Below are positions 19,187 to 29,056 of a stretch of 64,000 bases of DNA, in pieces. The notes under the pieces are model-generated. The model was not told the DNA's origin and searched no databases. It saw only the letters and a program-made list of their open reading frames with translations. The number at the start of each line of letters is the position of its first letter. Positions within the stretch are counted from its first letter, which is position 1. The translations under genes and the position numbers were made by a program. Source of the DNA: an uncultured virus (IMG/VR IMGVR_UViG_3300042363_001425) (taxonomy: Duplodnaviria > Heunggongvirae > Uroviricota > Caudoviricetes); IMG/VR virus record IMGVR_UViG_3300042363_001425; one strand, 5' to 3'.

Positions 19187-20716
19187 ATCAAATTTGTGCT
19201 TTGACACAATAAACTTCTGTTTAACGTAAATCTTTTCACGAGCATGACCGTGCTTAACAATGTATCCATTAAGATCATCTATTAAATCGTAAATCGTAAC
19301 TTTAACCTTACCCTTTAAGCCTCTCATCCCACGGCCAATTGACTGCCGTATTGTTACTTCAGACTTATAACTTTCAGCCAGGATAATGTGATTTACGTTC
19401 TTTAAGTCAATACCAGTAGAGAATGTTCCGTATGACGCAACTAGTGTAACGCCAGATCCAGCTTCCATGATTCGTTGATAATCATCACGATCCGAACTGT
19501 CAACTCCACCATCAATATAATATACATGCTCTCTCCATTCCTTGATACGATCGCAGATACGTTGACCGTATCCGTCCTTGACGTTAATGTATAGGATTAA
19601 CGTATTACCATCAAGCTTCTTAACAAATGAAGATATAAAATCTATTCGAGGATCATAAGACACGATAAATGCTTTTTCAGCATCGTACATTTCCTTACCT
19701 GATTGCCCAGCTTCTCTAAGGGCTAAGTAGTTCTTAACGAAAGGTTCAGTCGTTGGATACTCCAAGTAAACCATTTTAATGTAAACATCAGGCGAGTAGT
19801 TATTCTCAATCAGATGGCTTGCCGATAGAGTCATGCTTAATGGTCCCAAGAATTCTTGAATTCTAAAAAAGTCAGAATACTCTTCCTCAATTTTAATTGT
19901 ACCAGAAAGTCCCAGTTTATATTCAGCATTAGTTGATTGTAATAGAATATCTCTAACTGAATTACCTCTGCTTGTGTGGCACTCATCAATACAAACAATA
20001 CTAAATTCCTTAAAGAATTCAGGCGGTCGATTTATTAAACTTTGGTAAGTTGAAATAACTATATCTGCATCAGCAAAAGCCTTATCGGAGTATTTACTTT
20101 TACCTCCAATAGTCATCACATTAAATTGCATCAGTCCAGTATTATAATCATCAGTAAACTTCTCAGCAGTTTGGGTAACAAGGCCGGCTCTAGGAACCAC
20201 AATTAGGGCTTTTTTACCTTTACTAACTAGCACTCCTTTTCTTTTTAGAAAAGCCAAGTATAAAAAGAAGATAATGGTTTTACCAGCAGAGGTTGCAAGT
20301 TCAAGAGAACAGAATTTATATTTAAGAGCTCGGTGAACTGCTTCTAACTGATAATCTCGAGCCTCGATATTTGAGCCGTCTAGCATTACTGAAGTAAACT
20401 TCTCAAGTTGGTCTTTGGTAAAATTTAGATTGAATAACTGTTCGTAGTTTTCAATATGGAGTTCGTATTCACGCTTCTTACCAAAGTTAAATAATTCTTT
20501 CCACAAGCCGACGCCTATTTTATAGAGGCCAGTTTCTTTGTCAAGAATCACAAAGTGATCGTAACCGTCCCATAATTTGCGTTTGTATAGGCGATTGAAA
20601 AGGTAACCCTTTTGGCGTTTCTTAAAATAGAGCTGGAAATCTTTGAGTTCACCCTTAGTATCGTGGCTGACCAATTCAAGAAATTGCTTATCGGTTGATA
20701 GTTTGAAACTTAACAA
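19166..20716 (-). CDS. uvsW: UvsW-like SF2 DNA helicase
   Basis: RDYQ, ATSAGKT, DECH, GLSGT and QSIGRGMR motifs. Confidence 0.9.
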   Translation of the reverse strand: MLSFKLSTDKQFLELVSHDTKGELKDFQLYFKKRQKGYLFNRLYKRKLWDGYDHFVILDKETGLYKIGVGLWKELFNFGKKREYELHIENYEQLFNLNFTKDQLEKFTSVMLDGSNIEARDYQLEAVHRALKYKFCSLELATSAGKTIIFFLYLAFLKRKGVLVSKGKKALIVVPRAGLVTQTAEKFTDDYNTGLMQFNVMTIGGKSKYSDKAFADADIVISTYQSLINRPPEFFKEFSIVCIDECHTSRGNSVRDILLQSTNAEYKLGLSGTIKIEEEYSDFFRIQEFLGPLSMTLSASHLIENNYSPDVYIKMVYLEYPTTEPFVKNYLALREAGQSGKEMYDAEKAFIVSYDPRIDFISSFVKKLDGNTLILYINVKDGYGQRICDRIKEWREHVYYIDGGVDSSDRDDYQRIMEAGSGVTLVASYGTFSTGIDLKNVNHIILAESYKSEVTIRQSIGRGMRGLKGKVKVTIYDLIDDLNGYIVKHGHAREKIYVKQKFIVSKHKFDLARFAK

Positions 20717-20730
20717 GCATTTAGATATTT

Positions 20731-21171
20731 TTAATGCCCGTCTAGGAGCTTTTGAACATCAAGACGAGTCTTGATTCCAAATAGTACTGCATCGATTGTT
20801 TTAATGGAATCTGCATAGAACCCAATTTGATTCTCAACCTGTTCAATCTTTTCCTTTATTGAAGCGGTCTTTCCATCAACTATTGTGTTCTTTTCATTGG
20901 CTCCATATCTGATTTGATGATTCTTTGAAGCATCTACCCATTCCTCACCCTTCTTTTCACGGAAAGTCTTTTTAAGCTGAGTAAAGTGCTCGATGAGTGT
21001 GTGATTCTCTTCTAGCATCCTCTGTCTTAAACTTAAAAATGTAACTTGGGCCTCAGGTATCTTACGAATATTCTCAAGTAGTTTAATACCTACATAGATT
21101 TCGCCTGAGAAAGACTCTCGTTTTTCTCTAAAAACTTCAGCTATGGTTCTTTTTGATGTAGTTGATTCCAT
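20731..21171 (-). CDS. uvsY: UvsY-like recombination mediator
   Basis: Helical 146-aa protein next to uvsW; IKTIDAVLFGIK tail similar to the UvsY C-terminus. Confidence 0.6.
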   Translation of the reverse strand: MESTTSKRTIAEVFREKRESFSGEIYVGIKLLENIRKIPEAQVTFLSLRQRMLEENHTLIEHFTQLKKTFREKKGEEWVDASKNHQIRYGANEKNTIVDGKTASIKEKIEQVENQIGFYADSIKTIDAVLFGIKTRLDVQKLLDGH

Positions 21172-21203
21172 TAGTATATTTTATCAAAAACTCTTGCGAA
21201 GTT

Positions 21204-21674
21204 TTAGCTGACGAAGCAATAATAGGTGCTTTCAACTTGATAAAAATCACTATTGAACTCTTGGATGATGTTACTTGAGTAAATAGTTTCCCCGATTGGG
21301 TGGTGGTCGCCGTTTTTATAGAATACTGCAACATTTCCATCATATAAACAAACAATTGAGTCTAGTTCATAGTGGCTAATTGAGCCTCTAACCATTTCTT
21401 TAAATTGCTCGTTAGTTACTTCTGATCCATTATTAGTAAGGAAAATACTTGGGAAAGAACGCTTAAGTCTATGCCCGCTTGACTCAATTGAGTTCATTAC
21501 TTGTAAAACATAAGGAAGTTTGCCATACCCATCAAGATCCTTTAGAACCTTATTGTACTGGGCTGAGCTGGTAAAATTATAAATTACAAACGGCTTTTGT
21601 TCCTGTACGCAGTCTCTAATGAGATGGTAATGGTTTCCGTCGTATTCTCTGCTCGTTCTTAGTGATCTGTTCAT
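21204..21674 (-). CDS. Hypothetical protein (late motif upstream)
   Basis: 156-aa ORF; ATAAATAA on - at 21704-21711. Confidence 0.65.
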   Translation of the reverse strand: MNRSLRTSREYDGNHYHLIRDCVQEQKPFVIYNFTSSAQYNKVLKDLDGYGKLPYVLQVMNSIESSGHRLKRSFPSIFLTNNGSEVTNEQFKEMVRGSISHYELDSIVCLYDGNVAVFYKNGDHHPIGETIYSSNIIQEFNSDFYQVESTYYCFVS

Positions 21675-21692
21675 TATTTAGTATATTAGATA

Positions 21693-21720
21693 AAACTACT
21701 AGGTTATTTATCAGTAAAAT
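21693..21720. promoter_or_regulatory. Overlapping divergent promoters (early-type on +, late-type on - within its spacer)
   Basis: AAAC-N18-TAAAAT on +; TTATTTAT at 21704-21711. Confidence 0.5.
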
Positions 21721-21725
21721 ATTGC

Positions 21726-22256
21726 ATGCAAAATCAAGTACATATTAACATTTTTGACTTTGACGAAACACTCTTTAGGGTCCCAGGTTACACAAGTAGT
21801 GAAGCTAAGGGTCTTGAACCTTATGAATGGTTCGATTCGCCTGAGTCTCTATCCGATAAGTTTAATATTCGAGGAATCTCAAATACGATAGATCGCACCA
21901 AAGATGATTGCCTGAATTACTTAATAACTCATAGAGTTAAGGCATGTCAACCAAGAGTCATGGAAATTCTTTCTGAAAACGGTATCAAGTTCGATAAAAC
22001 GTTCTTTTTAGGAAGAGAAGGCGGTAAAGCTGAAGTTGCGATTGAGTTAATTAGACAGCATGACGCTGATTCAATAACCATATTTGAGGATTCTCTATGG
22101 GAAATCATTAAGTACACGGCCTGGTTCCTAGACGCTGGATTAACTATTCAAATCGGCTTTGTTTTCATAGATAAGAGTAAAGTAATAAAAATAGACTGGG
22201 ATACTGCAAAATCGCTTGAAGAATTCTCAGAAGCTGAAAGACTAAAAATCGTATGA
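21726..22256 (+). CDS. HAD-superfamily phosphatase
   Basis: IFDFDETLF, LITHR and IFEDS motifs. Confidence 0.75.
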   Translation: MQNQVHINIFDFDETLFRVPGYTSSEAKGLEPYEWFDSPESLSDKFNIRGISNTIDRTKDDCLNYLITHRVKACQPRVMEILSENGIKFDKTFFLGREGGKAEVAIELIRQHDADSITIFEDSLWEIIKYTAWFLDAGLTIQIGFVFIDKSKVIKIDWDTAKSLEEFSEAERLKIV

Positions 22257-22861
22257 TATTATTCGTAGAAGGAGCCAGACACTCTGGCAAGACGTTTCTT
22301 ATAAATCAATTTATTGAAGATTGTAATGATCCTCGAGTTGAATACTATAAGTTTTATTTCGCAAACCACATAAAGGCTCTTGACCTTGTTGGTCAAGATG
22401 CAAATCCAAATCTTCATTATTTCAGTTTAGGAAATATTATGACAATTATGGAAATGAATCTTAGACCCGAATACTCAGATAAGATTTGGATCTTTGACCG
22501 AGCAATCATTTCTGCATACACTTGGGCAATCTTAAGAAACAGATTAACTAGGAATGCTGCTGAATTAGAGTTCTTAAAGTTATTAAACACAACACTTTAT
22601 GCAAATTCAAAGACCTTAGTAGTCACAGTAATCGGCCAGACCGGTGATGCTAATCGAACCAAAGACACATGGGACGGAGCTCATTCTACGGTAGAAGAAC
22701 AGCAATTAATGGCTCGTTTGATTGAACTTGGGATGCACGATCTTGCTAATTCTGATAAAAATAATAAGATAAGTATAGTTTTTAATAACTTTGATGAAGC
22801 CTCGGTTGCTTCATTTAACCACGAATGCTATGCGTTATTAGGAATCGAGCCTAATAAATAA
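22253..22861 (+). CDS. P-loop nucleotide kinase (thymidylate/dNMP-kinase-like)
   Basis: VEGARHSGKT Walker A; WIFDR motif. Confidence 0.7.
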   Translation: MILFVEGARHSGKTFLINQFIEDCNDPRVEYYKFYFANHIKALDLVGQDANPNLHYFSLGNIMTIMEMNLRPEYSDKIWIFDRAIISAYTWAILRNRLTRNAAELEFLKLLNTTLYANSKTLVVTVIGQTGDANRTKDTWDGAHSTVEEQQLMARLIELGMHDLANSDKNNKISIVFNNFDEASVASFNHECYALLGIEPNK

Positions 22862-22866
22862 CTGAT

Positions 22867-24723
22867 ATGGCAGGACTATCACACCTAAGAGACGTTTATG
22901 AAAAACGTGGAAAAGACTTTCTAGAGAATCTTTTAAATAAGACTGTTATCATTAACGAAAAAATTGATGGCGCGTATTTTGGCGCTAAAAGAGATGGCAA
23001 GCAGAATAACTTTAACTACTTTAAAAAAGACAGTAAAATTGGTTACATCGACCGAGTTCTTAGTAAATACTACGAGTCGGGCATTAGACATTTTGAGAGT
23101 CTTGGGCATGACGCCTTAAAAACAGTTCCTGAGAACTATGTGTTTGGAATGGATTACAATCCTAATAGAGAGGTTCCATTAAGATTAAGTCACATTAAAG
23201 TACTTGATGAAAATTACCAACACATTCAAACGATTCACGATAAAGAAGAATTAAATAAATGGGCTAACGTGATTAATGTAAATCCACCAGCTATTATATT
23301 TCAAGGAAAGTTAAATGATGACCAAAAGGTTAAGATCCAAGAATTCATTTTTACTCCGCTTGCAGCACTAAGCGAGAAATTTAAAACTAAATCATTCACT
23401 AAACATATATTATCAGTTTTAAACCCAGCAGTTGACGAATCAGTTGCAGACGATAGAGCAATCGATGAAGTTGTATTTAGATTTGCAGATGAAGGTAAAT
23501 CCTCAGAAGAAGCAGTACTTGCTAAACTAGTAGATCCAGTTTTTTATGATAATGCAAAGAACTTACCTCAAGAAAAAGTTCAAAAGAAAAGCGATGATTA
23601 TATTTGGATTATTGTAACTGACTTAATGAACTTTATTGAGAGTTACAGACTTTCTGAACTTAGATCAATTTCGCTTGAAGGTGAAACTCCTGACGAAAGA
23701 TTTATTTCATTAATCAATAAGTTGTTTATTGAATTTATTAAAGAATTTGGAGAGAAATACAATGACCTTGACATTCAGGTACCAGAATTCCTAAAGAGAG
23801 AAGAGTTTGATGTTAACTTAGACTTGGTAAATGATACTCAAGTATCTGAAATAATTTTAAATAACCAAAACTTCAAAGAAATATATCGAATCTTTATAAA
23901 CATCTTTAGAAAAAAGAAGATAAAAATAAATTCTCATCTTTTCACTGATGCAATGAAAACTAACCTTATTGATCAAATCGGTAAGCTAGACCAAATTGCA
24001 ATGGGCGATCAATTATTTGAGAACTATTTTCCTTCATTTAGCGAATTTGTTGGAGATGATAAAGCTCCAGGCTATTTTGAAACTTATGATGTAGCAAATG
24101 ATGCTCAAACCAAAGTAAAGAAAGTTAACCTATTACTTTCAGAATTTCAACCAATCCATAAAGGCCATATCAAGAATGCACGCATCTTAACTGAGAAAAA
24201 TGGATTACCTACTCTGTTAATATGTATTCATCCAGGAAAATCTAGCAAGATTTTTCCAATTAAGAAAGAAACCTTAAATAATGCGCTTGCTAAAGTATCA
24301 GCAAGCGATAAACAAAACCTAGCAGGTCATGTTATGATCGGCGATGGCAATATAGAATCAGTATTAAAAGCAATTAGACCCGGTTTTGAACCAGTAAGCA
24401 TCGCAGCTGAACCTAGTAGAATTAAAGACATTGCTCTACAATTAGAACTTGCAAAGAAAAGATCAAGAAATTTAAACATTAAGAGAAATACTAAATTGAT
24501 CGAAGTTCCAACAACCAATATCGGAGAGTCAATAATGAATTCAATAAAAACTAGAGACTTTGCAGCATTTAAAGAAGCAACACCATCAACAGTTCACTCA
24601 GAATTTTACAATTTCAATAAGGACTTAATGGAATCATTAAACGAAAATATTAATCATGAGAATGTGATTAATGATGAACCTGAAAAATTAAGTCCAGAAC
24701 CAATAATCCAAATTGAAGACTAA
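22867..24723 (+). CDS. Fusion of RNA-ligase-like nucleotidyltransferase domain and HIGH-type (cytidylyltransferase-like) domain
   Basis: NEKIDG (KxDG motif I), EVVFR and AKLVD; FQPIHKGH; late motif at 22854-22861. Confidence 0.65.
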   Translation: MAGLSHLRDVYEKRGKDFLENLLNKTVIINEKIDGAYFGAKRDGKQNNFNYFKKDSKIGYIDRVLSKYYESGIRHFESLGHDALKTVPENYVFGMDYNPNREVPLRLSHIKVLDENYQHIQTIHDKEELNKWANVINVNPPAIIFQGKLNDDQKVKIQEFIFTPLAALSEKFKTKSFTKHILSVLNPAVDESVADDRAIDEVVFRFADEGKSSEEAVLAKLVDPVFYDNAKNLPQEKVQKKSDDYIWIIVTDLMNFIESYRLSELRSISLEGETPDERFISLINKLFIEFIKEFGEKYNDLDIQVPEFLKREEFDVNLDLVNDTQVSEIILNNQNFKEIYRIFINIFRKKKIKINSHLFTDAMKTNLIDQIGKLDQIAMGDQLFENYFPSFSEFVGDDKAPGYFETYDVANDAQTKVKKVNLLLSEFQPIHKGHIKNARILTEKNGLPTLLICIHPGKSSKIFPIKKETLNNALAKVSASDKQNLAGHVMIGDGNIESVLKAIRPGFEPVSIAAEPSRIKDIALQLELAKKRSRNLNIKRNTKLIEVPTTNIGESIMNSIKTRDFAAFKEATPSTVHSEFYNFNKDLMESLNENINHENVINDEPEKLSPEPIIQIED

Positions 24724-24731
24724 CTAAACTA

Positions 24732-24757
24732 AAAAAGCTCCATTAGGAGCTTTTTTT
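24732..24757. terminator. Bidirectional intrinsic terminator
   Basis: AAAAAGCTCC-ATTA-GGAGCTTTTT between convergent genes. Confidence 0.8.
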
Positions 24758-24778
24758 ATGTGAATTGGTTTACAGTAA

Positions 24779-26347
24779 CTATAGTGATGTAAACTCGCCT
24801 TTAATAAAGTTAATATGTTGAGCTTTTCCATCATGGTGAATGATTACGTGTGATTGGAGCCATCCACTAGGTCCGACATTATAGTTAACTCTTAATTTAG
24901 TAGACGTCCCGACAGCTAATGCTCCGTCCCTACGACCAGGCGAATGATAATGACCTACTACAATTTTAGTATTTAATTTTCTAAATTGAAGAAGCGATCC
25001 GCGAGAACCATTTGAACCAATATCTCCATGCTGAGCTAATTCCCAACCGTTTATTACAAAGCTATCGCTACGACCTAACGTTTTAAAATTTGGAAATTTT
25101 TGATTGATTAGGTAAGGGATTACTCCGTTTGGTGCAATTCCTCTAAGTAAAAGAGCACTGTACTCCATGTATTCCAAAGAATTCTTAAGAGTTGCAGTTT
25201 TTCTCCAATCAGTAGACTTTAACCAACGATCCAAGAAGTCATCATGATTACTACGAACAATTGCAACTTTGTATTCTGCAAAAGCCTCAAGGCCCTTTAG
25301 CATAGCATCAACCTCTTTCTTTAATGAATTTGATCCATCCATTTCTCTTTTGTATTGAATGAAAGGGTCTTTTATTTCATGATGATTGATTGAAAGTCCG
25401 TCAAATACGTCATGTAGAATAACATTATCCGGATAAAGCTTCTTAAATAATTCAAGAGTTTTCTTTATTACTCTCTCATCATGTTGGCCGTAGTGAATGT
25501 CTCCCAAGACAATAGCCGCAACTGAAGTAACTTGAATAATTTCACTAGATTCAATATCCTCATTATATTCAACTCGGTTATAGAGATCAGTAAAGTTACC
25601 GTCATCTGTTGCGGTTACTTGACGAGCAAAAAAGATATTTTGGTCCTTGATCTCAACTACTACAAATCCAAGAGTATGGTGAAACTCGCCCTTCTTACCT
25701 GATTTTGAATCAGTGTAATTCTTAACAGTACAAGCACCAGTAGTCATCATCATTTTTGGCAAATTGCCTTCAAGCACAGGAATTGTTTCCAAGTGGACCT
25801 TAGGTGAGCCAAATACACATGAGTTAATACCGCTCATACCTTGCAATCCAGTCATTGGATCAACGGCAGTTGGCTGAATTTTAACATCAGACATGATCCA
25901 CATGTGTTTGTGAACCTCATGTCGACCTGCGTCTAAGTAGGTTTCAATACGTTCTGCCCAAGTCTCGTAGTTCTTATCAGAGAATACTGAGGTTGGATTT
26001 TTGTATCGACCTGCAATTACATGAATGTCAGCGTTAATTAGTTCTGCGTACTTTTCAAGGTTAGATACGAATTCTTCGTGAACTGGCGTATCATTTTGTG
26101 CCCATGTGATAATGAATCGCTTTTTCTTTTTATCGAACTTGCGTTCTCTGGCTTTAATTAGTTGCGGAGACTCTTGTATTGAGCTCTCGGTGATTCCGAG
26201 TTTAGCTAACCATGTTTGGACAGTCCTTTCAGATTTACCCAAGTATTCGCTTAATTCTTTCATTCGGGTGTCCCAGCTTAAATCTTTATTCCAGTAAATG
26301 GTAGAAAGATCGGAGACATCCTGTGGAGTTAATTCGTCAAACTTCAT
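24779..26347 (-). CDS. HTH plus calcineurin-like metallophosphoesterase
   Basis: ELSEYLGKSERTVQTWL HTH; GDIH, HDVFD, SNHD, HGD and GHYH motifs. Confidence 0.8.
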   Translation of the reverse strand: MKFDELTPQDVSDLSTIYWNKDLSWDTRMKELSEYLGKSERTVQTWLAKLGITESSIQESPQLIKARERKFDKKKKRFIITWAQNDTPVHEEFVSNLEKYAELINADIHVIAGRYKNPTSVFSDKNYETWAERIETYLDAGRHEVHKHMWIMSDVKIQPTAVDPMTGLQGMSGINSCVFGSPKVHLETIPVLEGNLPKMMMTTGACTVKNYTDSKSGKKGEFHHTLGFVVVEIKDQNIFFARQVTATDDGNFTDLYNRVEYNEDIESSEIIQVTSVAAIVLGDIHYGQHDERVIKKTLELFKKLYPDNVILHDVFDGLSINHHEIKDPFIQYKREMDGSNSLKKEVDAMLKGLEAFAEYKVAIVRSNHDDFLDRWLKSTDWRKTATLKNSLEYMEYSALLLRGIAPNGVIPYLINQKFPNFKTLGRSDSFVINGWELAQHGDIGSNGSRGSLLQFRKLNTKIVVGHYHSPGRRDGALAVGTSTKLRVNYNVGPSGWLQSHVIIHHDGKAQHINFIKGEFTSL

Positions 26348-26439
26348 CAATTATTACAGTTTTGTTATCTATACTTATATTTAATTATGTTATAAAGTTT
26401 TGATAGGAAGTAGCCAAGGTCTGCCGAATAAATAACTTT

Positions 26440-26622
26440 ATGGAAAAGACAGCTAAGAATATTGATAACTACCGTAAAGGCAAGGAGCCTTTAAAAAATG
26501 CGGTACAACAGCATCCTACTGGAAATGACGTGTATGATTTTTTACAAAAGAATATTAACCGTGATTTCTGGGTGACACCTTTTTCAAAATGGCAAAAAGC
26601 ACAAAAATTTCGTAAAAACTAA
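26440..26622 (+). CDS. Small basic late protein
   Basis: Late motif at 26428-26435; TAATG-coupled to the next gene. Confidence 0.6.
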   Translation: MEKTAKNIDNYRKGKEPLKNAVQQHPTGNDVYDFLQKNINRDFWVTPFSKWQKAQKFRKN

Positions 26623-27044
26623 TGTTCGGACTAGAAAATGAAGTTACGCCACAGAGCGAACAACCAGTAACAATAAGTTACCTAATGCTATCGTTCATGC
26701 AAATTGCAGATCAGGCAAAAATTATTCACTGGCAAACCAGATACGATAGAGAACATCGTCATTTTGGATCTTTCTATGAGGCATTTATTGGTCAAATGGA
26801 CACAGTAGTTGAAGCAATTGCTGGAAAGTACGGTAAAGATCACCTAAAATTTGGAGAAGCTGCTATTATGGTGTATGACTATGATACGTCAATTAATGAG
26901 TTCTTTGAACTAGTTGATGATGCTTTTAGAGTTAACTTCTGCGAAATCTTTGATAAAGAAAAAGATTCAGAGCTTTTTAACCTAGCTGATGAGGTTTTAG
27001 ATTTAGCAAACAAAACTAAATATTTACTACAATTTGAAGCATAA
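26622..27044 (+). CDS. Ferritin/Dps-like four-helix protein
   Basis: HWQT...EH...FYE...D...E ligand pattern; KYLL tail. Confidence 0.7.
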   Translation: MFGLENEVTPQSEQPVTISYLMLSFMQIADQAKIIHWQTRYDREHRHFGSFYEAFIGQMDTVVEAIAGKYGKDHLKFGEAAIMVYDYDTSINEFFELVDDAFRVNFCEIFDKEKDSELFNLADEVLDLANKTKYLLQFEA

Positions 27045-28596
27045 TATGTTTAATGTAAAAAGATTACAAGTACTTGAGAGCCTGATTCTTGAAACAGAGT
27101 TGATCCAAATTGGGTCAGACACTGAAGATTTAATCAATAAGGCTAAGAACTCAAAGTCTAGCGGCTCGGGATCATCTGGTGATGATAACGAGGATATGAA
27201 TCGTATTCTTGATTGGTTATTCAATCTTGGAGAAGATGACCTTAGAAAGAAACTAGAGGATCCTACTCTATTTAAGACGTTCTCTAATCCTGGCATGAAA
27301 GCTGTACTTGATAAGTACTTTATTTACCTTAATGAGAGAATCTCAGTATTTAGAAAAGAACTACTTACTGCTCTAGATAAGGAAGAGCTAAATGAATTAG
27401 AAATTAACCGAATTACTGATAAAATTACCAGATTTGTTTGTAGAGTTAGAGTAGTTGAAGTTATTTATGAAACACTAGGTGCAAAGAGCGCAGCTTCAGA
27501 GTTTGCAGACGATATTCGCAAAAAGGTTGATGATATTAACAAGGACCTATCTGAAATTTATGCTCTTAGAATAACTAAGCCTGCTGAGAAAACCAAACAA
27601 GCCTATTCAAAATTCCAAGGAGCTCAAACTCCAGAAGAAAAGGAAGAGGCTGCAAAAGAAGTATTTTCTAATTTAGAAACAGCTGAAATACTAGCAGATG
27701 GAATGCCCGAAGAGGTAACCTCTGGAATAGATGATGCTATTAATACTTACACTGGTCAAATAAGTTCAGAAATCGGTAAGGAAAAGACTGATGATATTAA
27801 GAATGGTATTTTTGTTAATAAGGATGTTGCATCATTAGTTCGTAAAATATTTGAATTTCAACATACTGCATGGTCAAATGAAAATGATATTTTGACTGAA
27901 GCTAATAAGCTTAGAACCAGTGTTAATGGATTTCCAGAAGTTTCACAAGATGCAAAGGAATACCTAGTTAGACTAATCGATCAAGTGCAAAAGGCCCTAA
28001 TTGAGAGAGTTAAGGATAAAGAGTTTGACACAAAGAAGTACAAAGGAATTCACTATGACTTCAATAAGAAGTTACCGTTATATGAAAGAACTTCATTACC
28101 AGTTACCGGCAAGCAAATAGCAGACGACTCTAAATTGATGAAGTTTAGAAAAGCATCACAGGACCTAATGAATTTACTATTTAAAGGTTCTGATGAAACT
28201 GTTGCAGGTAAAGCATTTAAAGATACTGGAAAATGGCTCCACACAATTTATGCAAAGACTCTAAATGGCGCAGCTAAATTAATAGGCAAGGCAGTTGGAG
28301 GAAGAGAGGGAGAAATGAAAGCGGATGCAGTAAGCCGAATGTTTATTTTAGACACAACCGTAGTTGATGAACCTAAACCAAAACAAGTTAGTGAAGATGG
28401 AGTTGCTCCAGGAGTTTCTCCTCAAGTACCTGGATCAATTGGATCAATGGGACCTATTGTTGCCCCTACTGCTGACTCAGTTGGATCTGGCGATAAATTC
28501 ATATCAATGGACGATATTACCACAAAGAAAAAGAAGAAAAAATCAGCAATCTTAGGATTTGCAGACTTTATAAAAGAACAAAATAATACAAAGTAA
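27034..28596 (+). CDS. Large helical late protein with C-terminal capsid-targeting-like motif
   Basis: 520 aa; KKKKKK-SAILGFADFIKE end. Confidence 0.7.
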   Translation: MKHNMFNVKRLQVLESLILETELIQIGSDTEDLINKAKNSKSSGSGSSGDDNEDMNRILDWLFNLGEDDLRKKLEDPTLFKTFSNPGMKAVLDKYFIYLNERISVFRKELLTALDKEELNELEINRITDKITRFVCRVRVVEVIYETLGAKSAASEFADDIRKKVDDINKDLSEIYALRITKPAEKTKQAYSKFQGAQTPEEKEEAAKEVFSNLETAEILADGMPEEVTSGIDDAINTYTGQISSEIGKEKTDDIKNGIFVNKDVASLVRKIFEFQHTAWSNENDILTEANKLRTSVNGFPEVSQDAKEYLVRLIDQVQKALIERVKDKEFDTKKYKGIHYDFNKKLPLYERTSLPVTGKQIADDSKLMKFRKASQDLMNLLFKGSDETVAGKAFKDTGKWLHTIYAKTLNGAAKLIGKAVGGREGEMKADAVSRMFILDTTVVDEPKPKQVSEDGVAPGVSPQVPGSIGSMGPIVAPTADSVGSGDKFISMDDITTKKKKKKSAILGFADFIKEQNNTK

Positions 28597-29054
28597 TGAA
28601 AAACCGACTTATTAAAACTTTTGAAAGTTTCATGGATCATGTATCAATGGAACCTCATCACGTATCTGGCGATGAAATGCCAATGCAACCTGCTGGAATT
28701 AACCATGACGAACAACACCAAACTGAGAACTATATGTTCTTTGGTAATTTAGAAACAGTTCATAGACTAGCTGGAATCATGTTAAAAATGGATCCTTTAA
28801 AAGTTGATGCAATCTTAAAGAATGGCCACAATTGGGCAGTAGATCATATTACAACCTCAAAGGATGATATGGAAGAAGTTGCTAACTTTTTAATTGGTGA
28901 AATGACTGAAGTTGCAGAGACAGCTGAAGGTCAAGCAGAGTATATGGCTAACGAAGGTAATTATTCTTGTAATGAATGTGGAATGGCATACGAAAAAACT
29001 GAGATGTATGAAGGTCACATTTGCAAATGTGGCGGAGAAATAACCGCAAACTAA
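28596..29054 (+). CDS. Putative internal head protein with C-terminal zinc ribbon
   Basis: LIKTFESF; CNECG...CKCGG. Confidence 0.65.
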   Translation: MKNRLIKTFESFMDHVSMEPHHVSGDEMPMQPAGINHDEQHQTENYMFFGNLETVHRLAGIMLKMDPLKVDAILKNGHNWAVDHITTSKDDMEEVANFLIGEMTEVAETAEGQAEYMANEGNYSCNECGMAYEKTEMYEGHICKCGGEITAN

Positions 29055-29056
29055 TA

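Noticed and set aside
21726..26347. A single co-transcribed four-gene RNA repair operon
   Set aside because: The ligase-like gene has its own late motif and the phosphoesterase is convergent; retained only as an alternative hypothesis
27034..28596. Tape measure protein
   Set aside because: Helical but short, outside the tail cluster, and carrying the head-cargo-like motif
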